DNA of 49,744 nucleotides from sequence record SRR20825006_1727; one strand, 5' to 3'. Shown piece by piece: positions 8,062 to 15,993 of this stretch (position 1 is its first letter; each line of letters starts with the position of its first letter). The notes under the pieces were generated by a model. It saw only the letters and a program-made list of their open reading frames with translations, ran no database searches and was not told where the DNA came from. The position numbers and the translations under genes were made by a program.

Positions 8062-9330
8062 ATGCGTCTATTAAATTACACCACGCAATACTTTGCGCTG
8101 CTACTTTTAGGAGTGATCACCATTTGGGCCGTCGCCTTTTATTACGCGATGCTTGATGAAATTTATGACAGTCTTGATGACGGACTCGAGAATCAGAAAA
8201 TTTTGCTTCTCAAGCGCGCTCAAGAGGATCCTTCGATCTTAGCGCATAATGATTTTGACAAGCACGTGTATAGCTTTACTCCTATTTCGGCACCAAGCTT
8301 TGAACGGCAACAAGAGCGCTATCAAGACACCTTGATGTATATGCTGAACGAGGAAGATTATGAACCGGTGCGTATTTACGAAAGCGCCATACAGGCAAAC
8401 GGCGGCTATTATAAACTGAAGATCATTACCTCGATGGTAGAGGAAGACGACCTGATCGAAGATCTGGTGAGCTACCTCATTGGCTTATACGCCTTTTTGG
8501 TCCTTTGTATTTTAATACTGAATAATCTTTTACTGAAGCGCATCTGGAAACCTTTTCACTACCTTATTGATCAATTAAAAGATTTTAAGCTCGACCGAAA
8601 GACCAGCTTGACTACAGCACCCACAAAGATCGAAGAATTTACGCTGCTCAATACAACAGTGACTGCGCTGATCGCTTCGGCACAGCGCTCTTATGAAGAG
8701 CAAAAACAGTTTATAGAAAATGCTTCTCACGAGCTGCAAACGCCTCTGGCAATCGTGATCAATAAACTTGAACTCTTTATAGAACAACAACCGCTAAGCG
8801 ATGAGCAGCTCGTGCAAATGGCCAGCGTTCTTGATAATCTGGGCAGACTTACGCGGCTCAACAAATCCTTATTGTTGCTTTCTAAAATTGAGAATGAGCA
8901 ATTTCAGGAGGAAGCTGAAGTAGATTTGAAGCTATTGCTGCACCAAAGCCTTAGTGACTTTGAAGCTATTGCAGCGCATAAAAATTCAGCCTTAATACTC
9001 CTTGAGGAAACCGAAATGTCCTACCGAATGAATCGGGATCTGGCGGTCATTCTGGTTAATAATCTTATTAAAAATGCACTGGTACACGGCACACCGGGAG
9101 CACCTATTCACATCAGATTAAAACAACATTCATTGAGCATCACCAATCAAGGGACACCTACTCCATTAAAGGTAGATGATATTTTTGCACGCTTTAAAAA
9201 GTCGGGCACCAATGAAAAATCTACCGGTTTAGGATTGCCCATTGCACAGGCGATTGCGGTAAAGTACCAACTTCAGTTAGCCTATAGTTATACTGATGGA
9301 CACCGGTTTACTTTAACGTTTCCTATTTAA
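8062..9330 (+). CDS. Membrane sensor histidine kinase
   Basis: Two TM segments, H-box ENASHELQTPL, N-box NLIKNALVHG, G2 STGLGL; ATG directly follows the regulator stop codon. Confidence 0.95.
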   Translation: MRLLNYTTQYFALLLLGVITIWAVAFYYAMLDEIYDSLDDGLENQKILLLKRAQEDPSILAHNDFDKHVYSFTPISAPSFERQQERYQDTLMYMLNEEDYEPVRIYESAIQANGGYYKLKIITSMVEEDDLIEDLVSYLIGLYAFLVLCILILNNLLLKRIWKPFHYLIDQLKDFKLDRKTSLTTAPTKIEEFTLLNTTVTALIASAQRSYEEQKQFIENASHELQTPLAIVINKLELFIEQQPLSDEQLVQMASVLDNLGRLTRLNKSLLLLSKIENEQFQEEAEVDLKLLLHQSLSDFEAIAAHKNSALILLEETEMSYRMNRDLAVILVNNLIKNALVHGTPGAPIHIRLKQHSLSITNQGTPTPLKVDDIFARFKKSGTNEKSTGLGLPIAQAIAVKYQLQLAYSYTDGHRFTLTFPI

Positions 9331-9359
9331 GAAATGATTACGAAGCATTCACAAATCAT

Positions 9360-9394
9360 TACCAATTCTTTTCAGAATTATATTGAATCTTTGC
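9360..9394 (+). promoter_or_regulatory. Two-component regulon promoter motif, copy D
   Basis: TACCAATTCT TTTCAGAATT ATATTGAATC TTTGC, with an extra upstream half-site TCACAAATCA (9349-9358). Confidence 0.72.
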
Positions 9395-9411
9395 TTTTAC
9401 AACCTTAACGT

Positions 9412-10290
9412 ATGAAATATTTAGCCCATTACGTCATTTTTGGAGCGCTGGCTTTTAGCGGAGTTCTTTCGTATGCGTTTTATAAAAAATCGATCGCTGA
9501 AGAACGTGAAATTCTGGAAAATGCCAGTTACAATCTGGTGAACACTTGGGAATTTCCTGAGTTGCTCTATGAGGTAAGCGGTATCGCTTGGGTTAATGAT
9601 TCTACCCTTGCCTGCATTCAGGATGAGGAAGGTGTGATCTATAATTTTAATCTGAATACCAGCGAGATCACCAAGGATACTCGGTTTGCTAAAGACGATG
9701 ATTATGAAGCTATCGCGCTCAACGGTACGATGGCGTTCGTGATGCGCAGCGACGGCCACATTTTTGAGATCGCTGATATTATGGCCGATACGCTTGTGGT
9801 TTCAGATTTTAAGACGCGTTTTGATTCTAAAAATAATATGGAATCGCTCGCCTATCAACCGGAACACGACAGACTGATCACCATCGCCAAAGATGAAGGT
9901 CTTGACGAGGACCGCTACAAAGGTGTTTATGCAATTCCGTTGGAGACCCACGAGCAGGATGAGCAACCACTTTTTGCGATCGATCTAAAGTGGGATGCAT
10001 TTAAAGCCTTGGAAAAAAAGAAAATAGAAAACACGTTTAAACCTTCAGATATTGCCATACATCCTAAAACCGGTGATTTTTATATAGTAGATGGAACGAG
10101 TCCGCATCTGTTGATCGTTTCGGCTTCCGGTAGTTTTAAAGCCTTGCACGAATTGAATAAATTTCATTTTGCACAACCCGAAAGTCTTACGTTCAGTCCG
10201 GAAGGCACTTTATACATCGCGAACGAGGCAGCTAACGGAGTGGCCACGATGTTTGAAGTCACCTTGAAAGATAAAGAAGGCGTTGAGTAA
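9412..10290 (+). CDS. SdiA-regulated domain (YjiK-like) beta-propeller protein
   Basis: N-terminal membrane anchor; EVSGIAW, IQDEEG, DYEAI, NMESLAY, PSDIAIHP and QPESLTF repeats. Confidence 0.78.
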   Translation: MKYLAHYVIFGALAFSGVLSYAFYKKSIAEEREILENASYNLVNTWEFPELLYEVSGIAWVNDSTLACIQDEEGVIYNFNLNTSEITKDTRFAKDDDYEAIALNGTMAFVMRSDGHIFEIADIMADTLVVSDFKTRFDSKNNMESLAYQPEHDRLITIAKDEGLDEDRYKGVYAIPLETHEQDEQPLFAIDLKWDAFKALEKKKIENTFKPSDIAIHPKTGDFYIVDGTSPHLLIVSASGSFKALHELNKFHFAQPESLTFSPEGTLYIANEAANGVATMFEVTLKDKEGVE

Positions 10291-10393
10291 ATTAGTTCAA
10301 GGCAAGCTCAAGGGTGTTGCATCCTTTGGCTTTGCCAATATATTTTAATGTTTAGCAGCACGGCGGTGTGAGGCCCGCTTTGCGCGTCAAATA

Positions 10394-10505
10394 GTAAACT
10401 ACCTCAGGACAAGCCTTGAGGCGTTGATTAAAAAGAATGTTTCACTTCGAGGCATCCCGATAATCATCGAGACGGTGTATTAAACCTCTTGGCGGTGCCT
10501 ATAAA
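10394..10505 (+). repeat. Dispersed non-coding repeat, copy 2
   Basis: Colinear with 1164-1298 but lacks the ~22-bp GCCTGTCTGCCGACAAAGGCAGGC hairpin insert. Confidence 0.8.
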
Positions 10506-10549
10506 CTGAAGCTTTACTGCTTTTGAATTTTACATTAAAATTAAATGGA

Positions 10550-10579
10550 GAAGCCGCATCTATTGCTAGATGCGGCTTC
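10550..10579. terminator. Hairpin/terminator downstream of the SDR gene
   Basis: Perfect 13-bp stem GAAGCCGCATCTA/TAGATGCGGCTTC with a 4-nt loop, between convergent genes. Confidence 0.7.
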
Positions 10580-10604
10580 AATATATAGAGAAAGCACGAG
10601 GCTT

Positions 10605-11393
10605 TTAGTTTTCGGCGTTGCCGTACATATTAGATTCTCCCCCATCGATCGCAATGGTTTGACCACTTACATACCCGTTAGCTTTACTTAATAAAAATGC
10701 AACTACACTGGCCACATCTTTAGGATCACCTAAGGCACGAGTGGGATTTCGTTTTGCATATTCAGCTTCGGCAGCTTTAGGATCATCAGGGTTGACTTGC
10801 TTAAATGCTTCGGCAACCATAGGCGTTAAAATTGCGCCCGGAGCGATCGCATTGGTCAAAATTCCGTCTTTACCATATTCTAAAGCAGCGTTTTTAGTCA
10901 TTCCGCTTACAGCATGTTTACTCGCTACGTACGGCATCTGATTGAGCACCCCGCGAATACCTCCCACGGAGGCCACATTTACAATACGTCCAAAATTTTG
11001 CTTTTGCATCACCGGGATTACATATCGAAGTCCGTAATAAACTCCCATTAAATTGATGTCGATCACTTTTTTAAACACATCAAGATCGTAATCAATAATC
11101 GGAGCCTGTTTACCCTCAATTCCTGCGTTGTTGTACAGACCGTCAATTCGACCAAATTGCTTTACTGCTTGATCCACATAGTTTTTTACTTGTTCCTCGC
11201 TCGAGACATCTGCTTTTACCGATAGTAAAGCAACTTCAGGATTGATCTCTTTAAGTTTTTTCTCAGCATCTTTTAATGCGTCGTCATTATAGTCAACCAG
11301 AACCAGTTTTGCACCTTCTTTGGCAAGCAGTTCTGCAGTTGCTAGTCCCAGTCCCATCGCAGCACCGGTAATGATAATCACTTGATCTTTCAT
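10605..11393 (-). CDS. Classical SDR oxidoreductase (levodione reductase-like)
   Basis: TGAAMGLG Rossmann motif, NNAGIEG, catalytic S...YVASK, PGAILTPMV, IDGG. Confidence 0.9.
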   Translation of the reverse strand: MKDQVIIITGAAMGLGLATAELLAKEGAKLVLVDYNDDALKDAEKKLKEINPEVALLSVKADVSSEEQVKNYVDQAVKQFGRIDGLYNNAGIEGKQAPIIDYDLDVFKKVIDINLMGVYYGLRYVIPVMQKQNFGRIVNVASVGGIRGVLNQMPYVASKHAVSGMTKNAALEYGKDGILTNAIAPGAILTPMVAEAFKQVNPDDPKAAEAEYAKRNPTRALGDPKDVASVVAFLLSKANGYVSGQTIAIDGGESNMYGNAEN

Positions 11394-11518
11394 TGTATTT
11401 GGATTTTATGGGCGTAGTCAGTGGACAATTAATCCCAAATTGCGCCTCAAATTAAAAATTGATTTTCAGTCAAGGCCTCGTTAATTGGAGCCGAGACACA
11501 ATACTGTTGTATGTACAA

Positions 11519-11526
11519 CAAAGTTA
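11519..11526 (-). promoter_or_regulatory. Putative -7 promoter element (TAACTTTG) of the SDR gene
   Basis: CAAAGTTA on plus strand matches TAnnTTTG, about 125 bp upstream of the ATG. Confidence 0.5.
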
Positions 11527-11593
11527 AGTTGCACTGAAAAATCAAGACGTTAAAAGCATCATAAGGTTTAAGTGACTATAAGTAAACGAATCG

Positions 11594-11866
11594 TTAAGAT
11601 ATGGTTACCGGAAGCATGATTAAGGTTTCGACTCCGCCGGCTTCATCTTTAAGATAATCTACTTTCAACTTGTAATTGATGTCGCGCTCTTCTGCATAAT
11701 AATTACCGGTCTTCTCATCAAAACCGCCATAATCAGTATACGCGAGACTTACGATCTTGTTCTCATCCATCGCATTAAGTGTTTGTAAATCTTGCTCGCT
11801 TAACGTATAACGTTTGAGTAACTGATTGAGACTGTGGGAAAAATGTCCTTTTGGTTGCGTTTTCAT
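11594..11866 (-). CDS. Small hypothetical protein (~90 aa)
   Basis: Intergenic ORF with ATG at 11866 and protein-like composition; no recognised family. Confidence 0.65.
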   Translation of the reverse strand: MKTQPKGHFSHSLNQLLKRYTLSEQDLQTLNAMDENKIVSLAYTDYGGFDEKTGNYYAEERDINYKLKVDYLKDEAGGVETLIMLPVTIS

Positions 11867-12264
11867 AGCGTTTGTTTTTTTCAAAATTATTATGGGTAAT
11901 AGGATTAAAATGTTAGTAAAATCTTATTTCACAGAAAATTAAGAGCAAAAGAACTGCTCGAATAAACCTCGAAATATACCTAAGACCAAGGATACAGCGT
12001 CACGGCTTGCTTACCGGTTTCAAACAATCAGAACACATCTTCTAAAAATTTAAGATGGAGTAGTATTGCTTTTAACAATATAGATTAGGGAAATGAAATT
12101 TGTTGAAACTTGAGAAACAGTATTAGCCGGACTTCTTCAATTTGTTTCGATACTAAAGCCTCAAAATCTCTTAACACTTATTTAAAACCGTGTTATAGAG
12201 GGTTAAAAAAGATTTCGCATTAACATATTTAGCATAATTTGATCCCTTAAACTTAATAGCCTCT

Positions 12265-15200
12265 ATGAATCACCAATACGCGTTTATTAGATCAATTTTT
12301 CAAGTTCGCTTTTCTTTACTACTAATTTTAGTGCTTCCTGCGCTGCAGACATTTGCTCAGGATAAAGAAGTAGAACAAACTTTTTATTTCACCGGAAACA
12401 CCGGAGACGCTCCTAATGCCACGACAACTTCGGTTTTAGAAGCCATTACTACGATGTCTCAAAAGGATGCGAAAGCCACTTTTGTAGCTATCGGAAATAT
12501 CACCCAACAAGGTTATCCGCCAAAAAAGAAAGACCGTAAGGAGGTAGAAACGTTTTTGCAGCAAGAACTGATGCAACCGCTGGAAGCTTTTAACGGAAAC
12601 GTGATCCTAATGCCGGGAAACAACGAATGGAATAAAAACGGACACGAAAATCTGGACGATCTTGAATCTTTTATTCAAGACAACAGCGAGATCGAATTCT
12701 GGCCCAATGACGGTTGTCCACGCGAGATCGAGAACCTTGATATGGATAATGTTGAGTTACTAATGATCGACTCGCAATGGTTTCTTGAAGACTGGGACGA
12801 TCATTTGTATCTAAACAATAAATGTGACATCAAAACACGGGACGACTTTTTTGCAAAGTTTAAGGACGACCTTAAAGACGAGCAAAACAAAACCGTGATC
12901 GTTGCTGTGCATCATTCTATATTGACCTTGTCTCAGCAGAATTTTATAGAAAACATAGGCGGTTTGACCGTTGAAGATTATTACAGTACGCTAAGACAAA
13001 AATACTCAGGCACGCTGGAAACGCTGGCGAGTCAATTTCCTGATGTGATCTTCGTTTCGGCGAGTGATCGCAACTTACAGTATGTATTTGATGATGGAAT
13101 TCCGCAGATCATCAGTGGGGCAGCTTCAGAAAAACTTGATGGAGTGCGCAAAGCGAAAGACGGTCAGTTTGCGTCTAAAGCGCACGGTTTTGCCCGACTT
13201 ACCGTATATAAAGACCGAAGCTCGGTAGTCGAATTTTATGAAACAGACAACGGTATCCCTAAAAAGCTTTTTGAGAAAGAAATTCGTCGCCAGCAACCCA
13301 AACCTCAGGACATTAGTAGTCCGGACATCAGCGGTATGGGAAGTACAAAGAAGGCTTCGATCTACACGAAAGAAGAAACCGATAAAAGCGGGATGTACCG
13401 GTTTTTATGGGGCGACCACTACCGAGATATTTATAGTAAAGAAATTGAAGCACCTGTACTTGATCTTTCAAAACTTCCGGGTAACGTTCACGCGATCTCT
13501 GAAGGCGGAGGAAATCAGTCGCGCTCGCTACGTCTGATTGACGATAACGAACACGAGTATACGGCACGCGAACTGCGTAAAAGTGCTGTGCGCTTTATTC
13601 AGTCTAAAATCACAGATCACTACGTACGTGATTTTATGGAAAATACCATTGCAGAAGATATTGTACAAGATTTTTATACCACCGCGCAACCTTATGCGCC
13701 GTTTGCTTTGAACCCTATTTTTGACAGTCTTGATATTTACAACGCACAACCCAAAATCTATTACCTGCCGAAGCAAAAACAGTTAGGCATCTACAATGAA
13801 GACTACGGCGACAAACTCTATATGTATGAAGCACACGCAGGCGATGAAAACAAATCTTTTGAACGCTTTGGCGACGCAGATGACATTATAAGCACTAAGG
13901 ATCTTTTGGCAGAAATACAAGATTCAAAAAAACACCAAGTGGATGAGGCTAATTTTCTAAAAGTGCGCCTAATGGATTTTGCCGTGGGGGATTATGACCG
14001 GCATTATGATCAGTGGCGTTGGTCTGCTTTTGAGCAGGAGGACGGTACCACTTTATACAAAACCATTCGCCGGGATCGTGATCAGGCGTTTCCTAAGTAT
14101 GACGGACTCGTTTTAGGTTTGCTAAAAGTGGCGTTGATTGATTTTCGTTCTATGGAAAAGTATGACGAAGACGTAAACAGCGTTAAATGGATGAGTAGAT
14201 ATGCATATCCGCTGGATCAGGCCTTCTTAAAAAGCCTTACTTGGGAAGATTGGGAACAACAAGTTCAGTTTATTCAAGAGCGACTTACTGACGATACCAT
14301 CGCTACTGCTTTTGCTAGCCTACCAGAAGCAGCACAGGACCAAAGTACAGCAGCGATACAAGAGAACCTAAAAGCGCGTCGCGATAATTTAATGGATATT
14401 GCCCGCCGCTATTATGAATATTTGATGCGTCATCAGATTCTGTTAGGAACCGGCGATAAAGATGAGTTTGTGATTACCCGTCAAGCTGATGGTAAAACCA
14501 GCATTAGCCTGACTACCGAAGATGATCGCAGTTTTGAACGTACGTATGATAAAGCGCTTACCAAAGAGATTTGGATTTACGGGCTGGATGATGACGATAC
14601 TTTTAAAGTGACCGGTGATGGCAATCAGTACATTCCGATTAAAATTTTAGGAGGAGAAAACAACGACGTTTATGATTTTGAAAACACCCGTGCGGTAAAA
14701 GCTTACGATTATAAAAGCAAGGACAATACGTTTGTAAATTCGGGTACGCGAAAATGGTTGGTTGACAGTTATGACATCAACACTTATAATGATGCCTCTC
14801 GTAAACTGGATGCCTTCTCTACCCTACCCGCGATCAATTACGATCAAGATACCGGTTTTTCTGCAGGTTTAAGTGGGACCTACACCACCTACGGCCTGGC
14901 AAATAATCCGTTTTCAACACAACAAACCTTGACCGCAAAATATTTTGCAGCCACCCACGGGATTGAGTTGAAGTATTCAGGGGAATTTGCGCACGCTTTT
15001 TACAAATGGAATTTTGGTCTTGACGCACGCTACACTACGCCTAATTATGCGATCAACTTCTTTGGGACCGGTAACGAAACCACCTATGATCGTGACGCAG
15101 TAGATCGGGATTTTAACCGGGTACGCATCAGTCAGTGGAGTGTAAATCCGTCATTGATCTATCGTGAAGATCGTGTGCAATTGCGCTTTGGACCTACGGT

Positions 15201-15858
15201 CGAATCTTTAAACACCTCCTATTCAGGTAGCGGTGTAACCGGCGATACTAACGTTTTTGCAGCGGGTGATAATGTTTTCAATACGCAGTATTATGCAGGA
15301 GCAGAAGCAGCATTTCAATACAAAAATAAAAGCGGTGCTATTGCTTTCATCAGAAGAGGATTTCAGTTTGATTTGGTGACCGGATACAAAACCAATATTG
15401 ACGAATACGATAACGAATTTGCTTATGTCAACCCGACCCTTTCGGTGGACTATCCCCTGCACCCTAGCGGAATGGCCGTTCTTGCTACCAAGATTGGTGC
15501 TGAGATGAATATTGGCGACACCTATGAGTTCTATCACGCAGCTACTTTAGGTGGAAACAACAGCTTACGTGGTTTTAGAAATGAGCGATTTAACGGTAAG
15601 ACCGCTTTCTATCAAAGTACCGATTTACGTGTAGGTATTGCCGAATTAACCACGAGTTTTATCCCGCTGCGTTTAGGCGTTTCTGCCGGATTTGATTATG
15701 GTCGTGTTTGGGTACCTAATGAAGATTCTGAGCAATGGCATAACAGTTATGGTGGGTCTGTATTTTTAAACGGGTTCAAAGCGCTTACCGCCAATTTAGG
15801 CTATTACCGAAGCACCGAAAGCGATCGTGTGTTATTCACACTTGGATGGAAATTCTAA
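12265..15858 (+). CDS. Metallophosphoesterase-like + kinase-like + Omp85/BamA-TamA barrel fusion
   Basis: Signal peptide; calcineurin-like motif spacing with substitutions; central GDYDRHYDQWRW...RDRDQAF; C-terminal barrel with LGGNNSLRGFRNERF (VRGF-type) motif and terminal Phe. Confidence 0.8.
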   Translation: MNHQYAFIRSIFQVRFSLLLILVLPALQTFAQDKEVEQTFYFTGNTGDAPNATTTSVLEAITTMSQKDAKATFVAIGNITQQGYPPKKKDRKEVETFLQQELMQPLEAFNGNVILMPGNNEWNKNGHENLDDLESFIQDNSEIEFWPNDGCPREIENLDMDNVELLMIDSQWFLEDWDDHLYLNNKCDIKTRDDFFAKFKDDLKDEQNKTVIVAVHHSILTLSQQNFIENIGGLTVEDYYSTLRQKYSGTLETLASQFPDVIFVSASDRNLQYVFDDGIPQIISGAASEKLDGVRKAKDGQFASKAHGFARLTVYKDRSSVVEFYETDNGIPKKLFEKEIRRQQPKPQDISSPDISGMGSTKKASIYTKEETDKSGMYRFLWGDHYRDIYSKEIEAPVLDLSKLPGNVHAISEGGGNQSRSLRLIDDNEHEYTARELRKSAVRFIQSKITDHYVRDFMENTIAEDIVQDFYTTAQPYAPFALNPIFDSLDIYNAQPKIYYLPKQKQLGIYNEDYGDKLYMYEAHAGDENKSFERFGDADDIISTKDLLAEIQDSKKHQVDEANFLKVRLMDFAVGDYDRHYDQWRWSAFEQEDGTTLYKTIRRDRDQAFPKYDGLVLGLLKVALIDFRSMEKYDEDVNSVKWMSRYAYPLDQAFLKSLTWEDWEQQVQFIQERLTDDTIATAFASLPEAAQDQSTAAIQENLKARRDNLMDIARRYYEYLMRHQILLGTGDKDEFVITRQADGKTSISLTTEDDRSFERTYDKALTKEIWIYGLDDDDTFKVTGDGNQYIPIKILGGENNDVYDFENTRAVKAYDYKSKDNTFVNSGTRKWLVDSYDINTYNDASRKLDAFSTLPAINYDQDTGFSAGLSGTYTTYGLANNPFSTQQTLTAKYFAATHGIELKYSGEFAHAFYKWNFGLDARYTTPNYAINFFGTGNETTYDRDAVDRDFNRVRISQWSVNPSLIYREDRVQLRFGPTVESLNTSYSGSGVTGDTNVFAAGDNVFNTQYYAGAEAAFQYKNKSGAIAFIRRGFQFDLVTGYKTNIDEYDNEFAYVNPTLSVDYPLHPSGMAVLATKIGAEMNIGDTYEFYHAATLGGNNSLRGFRNERFNGKTAFYQSTDLRVGIAELTTSFIPLRLGVSAGFDYGRVWVPNEDSEQWHNSYGGSVFLNGFKALTANLGYYRSTESDRVLFTLGWKF

Positions 15859-15881
15859 AACGCTGACACAATAACTTAAAG

Positions 15882-15909
15882 AAACCGTGTTCCCCCGCAC
15901 GGTTTTTTT
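15882..15909 (+). terminator. Intrinsic terminator
   Basis: AAACCGTG/CACGGTTT stem followed by a T-run. Confidence 0.8.
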
Positions 15910-15927
15910 ATGCTCTAGATTTTCATT

Positions 15928-15957
15928 GGAAAAATTCCGTTAATACGGACTTTTTCC
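15928..15957. promoter_or_regulatory. Tandem GGA-N5-TCC boxes (putative Bacteroidota SOS/LexA sites)
   Basis: GGAAAAATTCC (15928-15938) and GGACTTTTTCC (15947-15957), together a 30-bp imperfect palindrome directly upstream of a DNA-repair nuclease. Confidence 0.75.
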
Positions 15958-15993
15958 TTTTATAACAGTCAAAGATTTGCGTACTTTGCACAT

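Noticed and set aside
12171-12192. TTAACAC/TTAAAAC 11 bp apart upstream of the Omp85 fusion, as a possible Pho box
   Set aside because: Only two weak units in very AT-rich DNA; not distinguishable from chance by eye.
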